IMG/VR virus record: IMGVR_UViG_3300035113_000078
Location: 738-64,737 of that record
Strand: one strand, 5' to 3'
DNA length: 64,000 bases
DNA from: a virus
Lineage: Duplodnaviria; Caudoviricetes
Part shown: positions 41,351 to 51,080 of the stretch, one piece after another
Layout: each line of letters begins with the position of its first letter
How positions within the stretch are numbered: position 1 is the stretch's first letter
Made by a program: the position numbers and the translations under genes
The notes under the pieces: model-generated
What the model was told of the DNA's origin: nothing
The model's database searches: none
What the model saw: the letters and a program-made list of their open reading frames with translations, nothing else

Positions 41351-41446
41351 TATCGCACGCCGCGCGCGATAGCTGCTCCTCCGCCCCGATGCCCGTCCTC
41401 GCTCAGCATTGACCGTCGCGCTTATTGGTGTCAGATATACACTATT

Positions 41447-42685
41447 ATGAGTGGCAGGCCACATCTGACAGTAGTGGTGGGAGCGGGAGGCTCTCTCGAA
41501 GTCGGCGTTCCGTCCGTCGCCGCGCTCACCGAAAAGGTTTGGGATGCGCTCGACCGCATCCAGCTCCGTGTTGCGGTGCCGCGCAGCGAACCGGCGGCTC
41601 GAGTGCTGCGGAGGTTGCTCGATGAGCACTTCAAGCCTGCCAACTTCGAGCACGTGCTGCATGCACTCGAGGCTCTTGACAGCATGAGGACCAGCTCATC
41701 GCCAGGAACCGTGCCGCGCTTTCGGATCGTGGAAGCCGCACTTGCGGGCGGGATTCGCATCGACCTGGCTGGGATCATAGCCGACGATCTATGGGTGGAT
41801 GCGGCGGCGCGCCAGCTGTTCGAGGTCTTGCACGATGAGATCGTAGCAGGGACAAACAGTGCGGCGGCCTCGCCAAGGTGGCCGGCGTTCGCTGCGCTGT
41901 GGCAGCAGCTGGAATCTGCTTTTGACCTACACGTGGTGACCCTGAACTACGACCAGTTGGTCGAGGGTGCGCTCGGCTGGTCTGCGCACGAGCAAGGGTT
42001 CGCGCCGGTCACGGGTGAGAGCGTTCAGCGGTTTGATGCCTACCAAAGGCCACCGCGATTGATCCACTTGCATGGCAACGTCTCGTTTGGATACCGCGGC
42101 GGAAGCGCAGACGTGAACCGCTTTCGCTTCGAGGACGGTTGGCACGACCTGTACATGCACCCATCGCCCGCCACCGCCCGAGCGAGCTGGGGCCGCCGAA
42201 GTCAGCCGAGTAGCCAAGCTGGTCGCCACACAATCATAGGGCCTTTGATCACGGGCATGGAGAAGACCTCCAAGTTGCTGATCGAACCGTACGCGACCTA
42301 CCAGCGTCATGCCGGCAACCTAGTCGCTGATCATCCGCGCGTGCTCGTGGTGGGGTACGGCTTTGGGGACCCACACATCACGACGCTGATCAACAAGATC
42401 GGACGCATCCACGGCCCCAACCGCCGTGTGGCCTTGGTCGACTTCACGCCGGGCGAGGACGGTGACGATGAATGGCGTGGGATGACCGTGGTGTGGGGAT
42501 CCGAGCGCCTCGAGCTGCAGCGTTCGGTCTATTTGCTCGCCGCAGAGGAGTCCCCGCTCGACGTGTTCAGCTCTCGAGAAGTGTGGACGTCGCGCGATGG
42601 TCGTTTTCGCGTTCATCTCTGTGGCTTTACCCGCGTTGCCACGCATCACGCCGCCAATCTCATTGCATTTCTCTCCCAGCCCTGA
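41447..42685 (+). CDS. SIR2-like (SIR2_2) domain protein
   Basis: VVVGAGGS, TLNYD, LIHLHG, VVGYGFGDPHI. Confidence 0.85.
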   Translation: MSGRPHLTVVVGAGGSLEVGVPSVAALTEKVWDALDRIQLRVAVPRSEPAARVLRRLLDEHFKPANFEHVLHALEALDSMRTSSSPGTVPRFRIVEAALAGGIRIDLAGIIADDLWVDAAARQLFEVLHDEIVAGTNSAAASPRWPAFAALWQQLESAFDLHVVTLNYDQLVEGALGWSAHEQGFAPVTGESVQRFDAYQRPPRLIHLHGNVSFGYRGGSADVNRFRFEDGWHDLYMHPSPATARASWGRRSQPSSQAGRHTIIGPLITGMEKTSKLLIEPYATYQRHAGNLVADHPRVLVVGYGFGDPHITTLINKIGRIHGPNRRVALVDFTPGEDGDDEWRGMTVVWGSERLELQRSVYLLAAEESPLDVFSSREVWTSRDGRFRVHLCGFTRVATHHAANLIAFLSQP

Positions 42686-42747
42686 GACGAACGGGCCGTC
42701 GCACCGAGATCCGCCACGTGCCGCGACGTTATGTCGTCTCGTCGAGG

Positions 42748-42776
42748 TTGACATTGATGTGGAAGTTCAATATAGT
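42748..42776 (+). promoter_or_regulatory. Sigma70-type promoter B with GTGGAAGTTC spacer box
   Basis: TTGACA-ttgatGTGGAAGTTCaa-TATAGT (17-nt spacer). Confidence 0.8.
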
Positions 42777-42806
42777 TAGTACGACCTAGCAGAACGTTCC
42801 TCCTTT

Positions 42807-42869
42807 GGGTCGTTGAATTTATCAAGCCCCGATGCCGTTTCCAGCGGCATCGGGGCTTCTTCGTTTCGG
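42807..42869 (+). ncRNA. Leader attenuator RNA, copy 3
   Basis: GGGTCGTTGAAtttaTCAAGCCCCG-stem-CGGGGCTTCTTCGTTT. Confidence 0.75.
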
Positions 42870-42876
42870 CGTCAAG

Positions 42877-43848
42877 ATGTCCACTCCCTCTATCCTCCGC
42901 GTCAGCCCGAGCTCGGGACCAACCTCCGGCAGCTTCCTCATCGAGATCGTCGGTGCTGGCTTCCAGCTCCCGACGCTCGAGGCCGGGGACGCGCTGGCAC
43001 CGAACTCGTCGGTCGCGGTGCTGGTGGGCCCGCGACCAGCCCGCGAGGTCCGCGTGCTCGCTGCCGACCGACTGACCTGTATCGTTCCGGCCGGGGATGC
43101 CGGCGCGGTCGACGTCGTCGTTCAGAACCTCGACGCGTCTGGCGAACCGATCCCGGGCGAGCAGGCGATAGCGCCCGACGCGTTCGTCTATGTCCGTCCG
43201 TCGCTCACGACGGAAGCGGACCTCACGCGGTTGGTTCGCGCGCTCCTGCATGAGCTCAAGCGGCAGGTGCTCGACAACGTCGTGCTGACCGTGCACACCG
43301 ACTTCGACGCGAGCACCGGGCTCGAGCTCCATCTCGCGCATATCGCGCGGCTGCCGGCGCTCGTTCTGGCGGGGCCCGAGCTCACGGAGGACCGGTTCTT
43401 CTCGCTGAACCAGCTTCCCGAAGTCGCAACGGGCCCCGGAGAGTTCGCGCAGCGTCGGGTCCCGTACACCGTCGACCTCGGTTTTGCGGTGATCGGCGTG
43501 TCGGACCACACGACCGAGCTGCTCAACCTCCTGACCACGACGCAGCTGTTCTTCCATCGCAACGTGTACCTCGAGCTCGATCGCGACCCGGCAGACCCAG
43601 CAGCCGGGCGCGTGCGCTACGAGATGGCGATCGCGCGCGACGGGGCGCTCAAGGTCACCAGCCAGCCGAACGAGTCGAACGTCCGCAGCTTCTCGGGGCG
43701 GTTCGTCGTGCGCGGCTTCGATCTGGAGGATCTCCCCGGCGTTGCCGACGAGAGCGTGATCGCACGCGGCGTCGTCGCGAGCGAGGTCACGGTCCAGACG
43801 CCGCAGCCGCTGGGACGCCGGTCGGGAAACGCTGCCGGAGACCCATGA
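42877..43848 (+). CDS. IPT/TIG-domain protein fused to probable tail terminator
   Basis: PSILRVSPSSGPTSG...GAVDVVVQN; position before the sheath gene. Confidence 0.7.
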   Translation: MSTPSILRVSPSSGPTSGSFLIEIVGAGFQLPTLEAGDALAPNSSVAVLVGPRPAREVRVLAADRLTCIVPAGDAGAVDVVVQNLDASGEPIPGEQAIAPDAFVYVRPSLTTEADLTRLVRALLHELKRQVLDNVVLTVHTDFDASTGLELHLAHIARLPALVLAGPELTEDRFFSLNQLPEVATGPGEFAQRRVPYTVDLGFAVIGVSDHTTELLNLLTTTQLFFHRNVYLELDRDPADPAAGRVRYEMAIARDGALKVTSQPNESNVRSFSGRFVVRGFDLEDLPGVADESVIARGVVASEVTVQTPQPLGRRSGNAAGDP

Positions 43849-43855
43849 GGAACCG

Positions 43856-44356
43856 ATGCCGCTGACCCTCCAAAACCGTGCGCGCCGAATGCAGGTCTTT
43901 CACCTGCCTCACGACGTGTGGTGCCGTGACCGTTGTGCGTGCGAGGAGGTGACGGCCGTCGCCGTCGCCGAGAATCGGCGGACCGGCGAGCGTGCACGCC
44001 AGCAACTGACCAAGAAGGTGCCCGGGTCGATGACCTTCCTCGCGCTCGAGCGGAAGCAGGGTCTGCCGGCCGCGTTGCTCGGTATCGCCGAGATCAAGGC
44101 GGCGATCGACCGCGGGTACCTCCGGGTCGTCGAACACACGCCGGACGCGGTGGTCGCACCTGCGCCATCATCCGCAACCGCCGGTTCGGCGCCGCCGAGC
44201 GGTACCGGATCTGCATCGGCTGCGCCCTCGTCCAGCGCGCCGTCGACGCCGCTCGCTGCGAGTGCAGCACCGCCGGCACCGGGAATAGCACCGGCGCCGA
44301 CGCCCGTCGCGAGCGCGTCAACACCAGCCGCCAAGGCTGGCGGAAAGGAGCCGTAG
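43856..44356 (+). CDS. Hypothetical protein with Ala/Pro-rich tail
   Basis: GAGGA RBS; in the operon before the sheath gene. Confidence 0.65.
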   Translation: MPLTLQNRARRMQVFHLPHDVWCRDRCACEEVTAVAVAENRRTGERARQQLTKKVPGSMTFLALERKQGLPAALLGIAEIKAAIDRGYLRVVEHTPDAVVAPAPSSATAGSAPPSGTGSASAAPSSSAPSTPLAASAAPPAPGIAPAPTPVASASTPAAKAGGKEP

Positions 44357-45955
44357 ATGAGCAACGAGCTCCTGGGATCCAAGGTTGTTATCGTCGAAGA
44401 GGAACCGCGGCTGCGGAACATTCCGTCGCTACCGACCGCGATCGCGGCGGCGGTCGGCATCACCGAGCGCGGGCCGGTCGGCCAAGCGGTCCTGGTGAGG
44501 AGCTTCGAGGAGTACGTGGACACGTTCGGAGGGTTCACGCCGAACTCGGACCTGGCGCTCGCGGTCAGCGGGTTCTTCGAGAACGGGGGCCAGGTCATGT
44601 GGATCGTCCGCACGGTTCACTACGGCAGTCCGCTGGACGGTGCGACCAAGACCTCAAAGGCGGCCACGTTGCGCCTGAAGGACCGCGCCGCGGCCCCGCT
44701 GGACACGCTGCGCGTAGACGGCAAGTGGGACGGTGCCTACGGCAACGACATCCGCATCGTCATCGGCGTGGCCACCAGCGGCGCGGCGGCCGAGTTCAAC
44801 CTCTCGGTCCAGGACGGAGGAATCGTCGTCGAGAGCTTTCCGAACCTCTCGATGGACCCGAGCCGACCCAACTACATCGAAGCGGTCGTCAACGGTCTGG
44901 ACCGCGGGTCGAGGCTCATCGTGGCAACCGACCTCAGCTCCACCGACGTGGCACCCGGGGTGCTGCCGGCGCTGGGGACGTTCGGGTCGCTCGCTGGCGG
45001 CGACGACGGGCTGGCGAACCTGGCCGACGCCGACTTCGTGGGCAGCGCCGCGGGGAAGACCGGGCTCCACGCGCTGGACGTCATCTCGCCGCTGACGCTG
45101 CTCCTCGTGCCCGGCCGCGCGACGCCGGTCGTGCACAACGCGATGCTGACCTACTGCGAGGTGACCCGCGACCGCGGCTGCTTCGCGATCTTGGATCCGC
45201 CGGCGCATCAGTCGGCGGTTGGCATCATCACCTACGCCGAGTCAACCGCGGCGATCCTCGGCCTGTCCGAGCTCGGCGCGCTGTACTGGCCGATGGTCAA
45301 GGTGCTGAACCCGTCGCGGACGGTATTTGGCAACGCGGCTACGCTCACGGTCTTTCCGTCGGGGCACATCGCGGGCGTGTACGCGCGCACCGACGGGGCA
45401 CGGCCGGGTGGGGTGTTCGTGCCTCCCGCGGGGATCCAGAATGGCCAGCTCCTGGGCGTCGTGGGCTTCGAGACCAACGAGGTGTTGGACGAGGCGAAGC
45501 GCGACCTGGTGTTCCCCAAGCGGATCAACCCGCTCACGGTGTTCCCCGGCACGCCGCGCCACATCGACGGGGCGCGCACGCTCAAGGGCGACGGCAACTT
45601 CCCGACGGTGGCCGAGCGCCGGGGCGTGATCTTCATCGAGCAGTCTCTGAAGCTCGGCCTTCTGTTCGCCAAGCACGCCAACAACACCGAGGCGCTGCGC
45701 GCGACGCTCGCCCGGACGGTCAACGCGTTCCTGCTCATCCAGCTCAAGAACGGCGCGTTCGCATCGACCGATCCCAAGAAGGCGTACTTCGTCGACTTCG
45801 GGGATGCGCTGAACACCCCGGCGGTGATCGCGTCCGGCCAGGTCGTCGGTCGGATCGGGCTGGCGACGGCGAAGCCCGCTGAGTTCATCGTGCTCCGATT
45901 CTCACAGGACACCCGCGCGATCGACGCCGAGCTCGCGGCAGCCACCGGTGGATAG
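44357..45955 (+). CDS. Tail sheath protein
   Basis: VGITERGP, FFENGG, FAILDPP, PSGHIAG, GARTL, KPAEFIVLRFSQ. Confidence 0.95.
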   Translation: MSNELLGSKVVIVEEEPRLRNIPSLPTAIAAAVGITERGPVGQAVLVRSFEEYVDTFGGFTPNSDLALAVSGFFENGGQVMWIVRTVHYGSPLDGATKTSKAATLRLKDRAAAPLDTLRVDGKWDGAYGNDIRIVIGVATSGAAAEFNLSVQDGGIVVESFPNLSMDPSRPNYIEAVVNGLDRGSRLIVATDLSSTDVAPGVLPALGTFGSLAGGDDGLANLADADFVGSAAGKTGLHALDVISPLTLLLVPGRATPVVHNAMLTYCEVTRDRGCFAILDPPAHQSAVGIITYAESTAAILGLSELGALYWPMVKVLNPSRTVFGNAATLTVFPSGHIAGVYARTDGARPGGVFVPPAGIQNGQLLGVVGFETNEVLDEAKRDLVFPKRINPLTVFPGTPRHIDGARTLKGDGNFPTVAERRGVIFIEQSLKLGLLFAKHANNTEALRATLARTVNAFLLIQLKNGAFASTDPKKAYFVDFGDALNTPAVIASGQVVGRIGLATAKPAEFIVLRFSQDTRAIDAELAAATGG

Positions 45956-45964
45956 CGAGGCCCC

Positions 45965-46422
45965 ATGACCATCATAGGTACGCCACGTAGCTTCCATAAA
46001 CGATGGAAGTTTGTCGTGGAAGTTGATCAGTTCCAGAGCGCTGGCTTCCAGAAGGCCAGCGAGCTCTCGGTGGAGGTCGCGAACATCGAGTACCACGAAG
46101 GGGATCACTCATCCCCAACAAATCTCCCGGGCGGCTGAAGTTCGCCGACGTCACGCTCGAGCGTGGCGCGACCAAGGACCAGGACCTGTTCGAGTGGTTC
46201 GCTGAGGTCGCCGACGCCGCGGCGAACGCCGGTCTCGTCGAGCCCAAGTTCAAACGTAACGTCGACATCGTGCAGCAGGAGCGCGACGGCTCGACCTTGC
46301 GCCGCTGGTCGCTCAGCGGCGCGTGGCCGATCAAGTTCGTCGCCGGCGCCTGGGACAACGAGGCCGACGAGAACGTCATCGAAAGCGTCACTCTGACCTA
46401 CGACTTCTTCACCTTGGTGTGA
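45965..46422 (+). pseudogene. Tail tube protein (T4 gp19-like) with 1-nt frameshift
   Basis: MTIIG...AGFQKASEL...EYHEG continues in another frame as [16 protein letters not shown]...AWPIKF...IESVTLTYD; break at G run 46100-46103. Confidence 0.88.
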
Positions 46423-46429
46423 GGCAACC

Positions 46430-47194
46430 ATGATCACGAACATCGTCTGTCCATCCGGGCTCGCCGGCGAGATCCGCGGGCTCAAGGGCAAGGAGGGCAA
46501 GCTGCTCTCCGATCGGAACTCCGCGCGCGTCGGCGCAACCTTCGAAAAGATCCTCGCGGGATGCTGGGTGACGACCACCGATCCTGGCGTCTACACGCTG
46601 TCTGACAGCGGCGCGCTCGACTGGTCCAAGGTCCTGGTGGCCGACCGGTTCTACACGCTGCTGCAGATCCGCGCCCAGACCTTCGGCAACGAGTATGCGT
46701 TCGCCGTTCAGTGCGCCAACGCGGCCTGCCGACAGCGGTTCGAGTGGAGCCTCGATCTACAGGAGCTGCCCGTCATCCCGCTGTCGGATGCGGCGAAGGC
46801 GGCGTTTCGCGCGGGCAACCGGTTCGAGACCACGCTGCCGCGCGACGGTCGGAAGGTCTGGTTTCGCCTGATGACCGGCGCCGACGAAGTCCGCGCGGCG
46901 TCTCTGTTCAAGGCCGACGGCGAGGGCACGCTGCTCACTGCGCTCGCGCTCCGCATCCTCGAGATCGAGAACGTCGCTGAGCACGACAAGCGCAGGTTCC
47001 TCGACGACATGGAGCTCGCCGACGCCGCGGCGTTGCTCGACCGGTTCGATGAAGCCGATGGTGGCGTCGAGACCCGCATCGAGGTCGAGTGCCCGGTCTG
47101 TCTGGGGGTCCAGTTCGTCGAGCTCCCTTTCGAGCGCGGCTTCTTCCTGCCGACGGCCAAGGCACTGGGCAGGACGACGAAGGCGGCGCGGTAG
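46430..47194 (+). CDS. Tail assembly chaperone/hub assembly protein
   Basis: Between tube and tape measure; ADRFYTLLQIR, two Cys pairs (CANAAC, CPVC). Confidence 0.75.
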   Translation: MITNIVCPSGLAGEIRGLKGKEGKLLSDRNSARVGATFEKILAGCWVTTTDPGVYTLSDSGALDWSKVLVADRFYTLLQIRAQTFGNEYAFAVQCANAACRQRFEWSLDLQELPVIPLSDAAKAAFRAGNRFETTLPRDGRKVWFRLMTGADEVRAASLFKADGEGTLLTALALRILEIENVAEHDKRRFLDDMELADAAALLDRFDEADGGVETRIEVECPVCLGVQFVELPFERGFFLPTAKALGRTTKAAR

Positions 47195-47409
47195 ATGGCC
47201 TGTTCCCTGTCCTCGAACGCGATGAGCTCTGGGAGGGCATCTTTGGGCTGCTCTATCACCAGCATGGCGGCAGCGGGCTTTCGCTCTCGCTGGAGGATGT
47301 GATGGAGCTCGAGCTCGATCGGATGCGGTGGCTCCTCGAGCGGCTCGGCGAAGAGCGCGCTCGGGAGGCGCGCGAGATCGAGGCCGCCGCGCGGCGCGGG
47401 CGGAGGTGA
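47125..47409 (+). CDS. Second tail chaperone segment in the -1 frame (G-T-like)
   Basis: Open -1 frame ending just before the tape measure gene; slippery C CCT TTC at 47125-47131. Confidence 0.6.
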   Translation, partial: PFRARLLPADGQGTGQDDEGGAVDGLFPVLERDELWEGIFGLLYHQHGGSGLSLSLEDVMELELDRMRWLLERLGEERAREAREIEAAARRGRR

Positions 47410-47416
47410 TGACGCG

Positions 47417-50200
47417 ATGCTGAATCAGCTGGGCCTGGGCTTCGTCTTCACCGCGAAGGATCTCGCGTCCGGTGTGATCGAGCGAATCCGCGGGAGCTTC
47501 GGCGATCTCGAGCACGGTGCCGATCACTTGAGCCGCGCATCGAAGTCGAGCTTCACCGAGCTCGGCAAGGGCTTGGTCGTGTTCGCGACCGGCACGGCGA
47601 TCGTCGGCGGCGCGTTCGCGCTTGCCGAGCAGGGCAACCAGTTCCTCAACATGCTCGAGCAAGCGGGCGCACTGGCCCACGCGAGCGCGGCGCAGATGGA
47701 GCAGTTGCGGACCGCGGCGCTCGACGTTGCGTTGAAGGGCACAGGTACCTCGGCCGAGGGCGCCGCGGAGACGCTGCGCGAGCTCGTCATGGAAGGCTAC
47801 GGCGTCAACGACGCGATCAAGACGCTGGTTCCGACCCTCACGCTGGTAGCGCTGGGGCTTGGACAGATCTCTCGCGCGCAGGCGGCGGGGCTGGTCAACG
47901 ACACGCTGGGGGAGTTCCGACTCGAGGCTGACGCAGCCGCGCCGCTCGTCGACAAGCTGGCGATGATGATGCAAGTGTTCGGCCTCCGCGCGACCGAGCT
48001 CGAGCCCGCGCTGCGCGGCGTCGCCACCGGCGCCTCGCTGACCGGCGCGAGCCTCGACGACACACTCATCGCCCTCGGCCTCACCAAGACAGTGCTGCCG
48101 TCCGTGGAGCAGGCCGCGCGCTCGGTCAACCTCGCATTCAACCAGCTCGCCAGCGATCACACGCGCAAGGAGCTCGCAGCGATCGGTGTGCAGGTGACGA
48201 GCAGCTCGGGGAAGATGCGCCCGCTGATCGAGATCCTATCGGATCTGAACCTCAAGACCGCGAAGATGAACGAGTCAACGCGGGAGCACGCACTGGCGTC
48301 GATCTTCTCGGCGCGGGCCGGCGGCGGATTGACCGCGATCATGCAGGCGTTGTCCGAGGGCGTCCGAGACGGGTCGGGAAAGCTCCTGACCGGCGCGAGG
48401 GCGATCACCGAGCTTCGCCAGCAGATGGCGAACGCCGCGGGCACCGCGACCGCGATGAAGGAGCGCCTCCAGAACACGTTCGAGGGCCAGAAGAAGGGCC
48501 TCATCGCCTCGGTGTCGACGTTCCTCGCGCTCCTGGGCGAGCCGTTCAAGGAAGTATTCACCGGCATCCTGTCGGTGATTCGCCGCGCGTTCGTGGCGGT
48601 GAACCAATTCATTGCAGCGATCCCCATGCCGGTGAAGGTGTTCCTCGCCAGGGTGGTCCTGGTCGTGGGGGCTGTGATCGCGCTGATCGGCGCGGTGATC
48701 GCGGTCAAGGCGGCGATCGCGCTCGTGCTGATCGGTCTCAAGATCCTTGGGATCACGCTCGGCGGCATCCTCGCCACGCTGCTGCCGGCGATCGCGCTCT
48801 TCGCAGCCCTGGCGCTCGTGATCGCGGGCTTCGCGGTCGCGATCGGGCACAACGTCGGAGGCCTGGGCACCTTCTTCGCCAACCTGTGGGAGCGCATCCA
48901 GCTGTTATTCCAGGGCCTGGCCCAGCTGTTCCAGGAGGGCGGGTTCTCCAGCGCCGTCCGCGAGGAGCTCAACAAGGCCGAGAACGTCGGCGTCAAGCAG
49001 TTCGCGATCCGCGTGTACCAGATCGTCTACCGCATCCAGCGCTTCTTTGAGGGCGTCGCCGATGGCTTCGGTGCAGCGATCCAAGGAGCGCGCCCGGTGT
49101 TCGAGGCGTTCGTCAGCGCGCTGCGCGAGCTCGGCGAGGCGTTCGGGATCGTGGGCACTGCGAGCGCGGATGCGCTTGCCGGCATCGGCTCGGATCGCTA
49201 CGCCCGCGCGGGAGCTTCGCTCGGCCAGATCCTCGCCCGGATCGTCACGGTGATCGTCGATGCGATGGCGATCATCCTTCGGATCGGCGCGGGGATCGTC
49301 AATGGCATCCGCACCGCGATCGAGTGGTTCCGGCCGACCTTTGAGTTCGCGGGCAAGGCGATCGCATTCGTCGCCGAGGAGATCGGGAAGCTCATCGCGG
49401 ACGTCACCGGCGTGACCGATCGCGCGCGCGAGGGCGGCTCGGTGTGGAGCACCCTTGGCCAGGTCCTGGGGATCGTCGCCGGCCTCATTGGCGCAGCGCT
49501 CGCCGACGCAATTGGCATCGTTGCGCTGGCACTGCAGAGCGTGATCACCCTGGTTCGGGTGGTGATCCACGCATTCAAGTGGCTGGGCACGGCGATCGGC
49601 GAGACGGCGGCGAAGATCTATCTGTTGTTCACCGAGGACATCCCGCGGGCGTTCAAGGCGGTCGCCGGAGCGGTCAAGTCGTTCTTCCAGCCCGTCCTGG
49701 ACTTCATCAGCGGGATCGTCGACGGCATCCATGCCGCGCTCGACCGGGTGATCGCGTTCCTCGGCCGCCTGGTCACGAAGATCCCCTCGCGGTTCCGTCC
49801 GGCATTCCTCGACTCGATCGTGGAAGCCGGCCAGGTTGCGCAGGCACGGATCGCCGAGCGCACCGCGAAGGCCATCGCACCAACTGCCATGGGCTTTGCG
49901 CCCGGCGGGGGTGGCGTGGCCACGGCTCTGCCGGCGACGGGAATGCTGTCAGGCGCCATGCTGAACGCTGCCGCGGCGAGCGGTGCGCTGCCCGCCGCGG
50001 CCGAGCTCCGCATGCGTGGGCAGATCAGCGACGCGGAGATCGACGCCATCGTGGCGCGCGGCGTCCAGCTCTCGGATAACCGTCCGGTGCAGGCGCACGT
50101 GACGCTCAACGTCGATGGAGAGACGCTCGCGCGAGCCAGCGCGCGAGCGACCCGAAGCTCGAACGCCCGGGCGTTCTACCCGGTCTCGGTGGGAGGCTAG
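47417..50200 (+). CDS. Tape measure protein
   Basis: 927 aa, Ala/Gly-rich helical, GKMRPLIEIL motif, hydrophobic middle. Confidence 0.92.
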   Translation: MLNQLGLGFVFTAKDLASGVIERIRGSFGDLEHGADHLSRASKSSFTELGKGLVVFATGTAIVGGAFALAEQGNQFLNMLEQAGALAHASAAQMEQLRTAALDVALKGTGTSAEGAAETLRELVMEGYGVNDAIKTLVPTLTLVALGLGQISRAQAAGLVNDTLGEFRLEADAAAPLVDKLAMMMQVFGLRATELEPALRGVATGASLTGASLDDTLIALGLTKTVLPSVEQAARSVNLAFNQLASDHTRKELAAIGVQVTSSSGKMRPLIEILSDLNLKTAKMNESTREHALASIFSARAGGGLTAIMQALSEGVRDGSGKLLTGARAITELRQQMANAAGTATAMKERLQNTFEGQKKGLIASVSTFLALLGEPFKEVFTGILSVIRRAFVAVNQFIAAIPMPVKVFLARVVLVVGAVIALIGAVIAVKAAIALVLIGLKILGITLGGILATLLPAIALFAALALVIAGFAVAIGHNVGGLGTFFANLWERIQLLFQGLAQLFQEGGFSSAVREELNKAENVGVKQFAIRVYQIVYRIQRFFEGVADGFGAAIQGARPVFEAFVSALRELGEAFGIVGTASADALAGIGSDRYARAGASLGQILARIVTVIVDAMAIILRIGAGIVNGIRTAIEWFRPTFEFAGKAIAFVAEEIGKLIADVTGVTDRAREGGSVWSTLGQVLGIVAGLIGAALADAIGIVALALQSVITLVRVVIHAFKWLGTAIGETAAKIYLLFTEDIPRAFKAVAGAVKSFFQPVLDFISGIVDGIHAALDRVIAFLGRLVTKIPSRFRPAFLDSIVEAGQVAQARIAERTAKAIAPTAMGFAPGGGGVATALPATGMLSGAMLNAAAASGALPAAAELRMRGQISDAEIDAIVARGVQLSDNRPVQAHVTLNVDGETLARASARATRSSNARAFYPVSVGG

Positions 50201-50202
50201 CC

Positions 50203-50736
50203 ATGGCGCTCGACGTCGCCGCGCAGAGGCCCGCCCGCATGTCGATCGTGAACGTGTCGACCGGCGACTCGGTCGAGGCGCAGTTCAATCCCGCCGACTT
50301 CGAGGAGGCCCTCGAGGTCAACTGGGCCCGGCAGACCGTGCCAGGGTTATCGCACCAGCCGCTGCAGTTCGTGAACACGGGCAACGTCAAGTTCACGCTC
50401 GAGCTCAACTTCGAGGCCCAGGATCCCACCGCGGATCTGGACCAGCTCTTGCGCACGCGGCGATTCCTCCAGAGCCTGTGCTACCCGCGCCGCGGCGTGG
50501 CCGACGTCGCCGGCGGTGGTCCCCCGCGCGCGTTGTTCGTGTGGCCGACGATCGTGAGCCTGACCTGCGTGATCACGTCGCTGACGTTCAAGTACAGCCG
50601 TTTCAACCTCGCGGGCACCCCGGTCCAGTTCACGGCCAAGGTGGGTCTCGAGGAGATTCGCGACGTACGGCTCCTGTCCGAGGACGTGCTCGCCAACGGC
50701 AGCCAGCGATCGGGTGCCGGTCCGGGAGGTCCGTGA
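50203..50736 (+). CDS. Tail tube initiator-like protein
   Basis: AQFNP, LQFV, PPRALFVW; follows the tape measure gene. Confidence 0.75.
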   Translation: MALDVAAQRPARMSIVNVSTGDSVEAQFNPADFEEALEVNWARQTVPGLSHQPLQFVNTGNVKFTLELNFEAQDPTADLDQLLRTRRFLQSLCYPRRGVADVAGGGPPRALFVWPTIVSLTCVITSLTFKYSRFNLAGTPVQFTAKVGLEEIRDVRLLSEDVLANGSQRSGAGPGGP

Positions 50737-51080
50737 TGCCGCCGCGTCGGTTCTCGCGGTTCACGTTCAGCCCGGCACTTCTCGACAATGGAGGCCAGCT
50801 GTTTCTCGCCGAGCGCGAGCCGTTCCGATTTCGCGTCCTGCCCGACACGCGCCAGCACGTCGTTCAGGAAGGCGATACGCTGTTCTCGCTCGCGGGCCGC
50901 TACTTCGCGCCGGTGCCCCGCGCGGCCGGCCTGTGGTGGGTCATCGCCGATTTCCAGCCCGATCCTATCCATGATCCGACGCTGGTACTGGAGCCAGGGC
51001 GCGTGGTGTTCGTGCCCTCGGTCCGCGTCGTGACCGAGGAGATCTTCGCCGAGACCCGGCGACAGGAGACAGCGTCGTGA
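50736..51080 (+). CDS. LysM-like baseplate protein (gpX-like)
   Basis: HVVQEGDTLFSLAGRYF...LWWVIAD. Confidence 0.8.
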   Translation: MPPRRFSRFTFSPALLDNGGQLFLAEREPFRFRVLPDTRQHVVQEGDTLFSLAGRYFAPVPRAAGLWWVIADFQPDPIHDPTLVLEPGRVVFVPSVRVVTEEIFAETRRQETAS

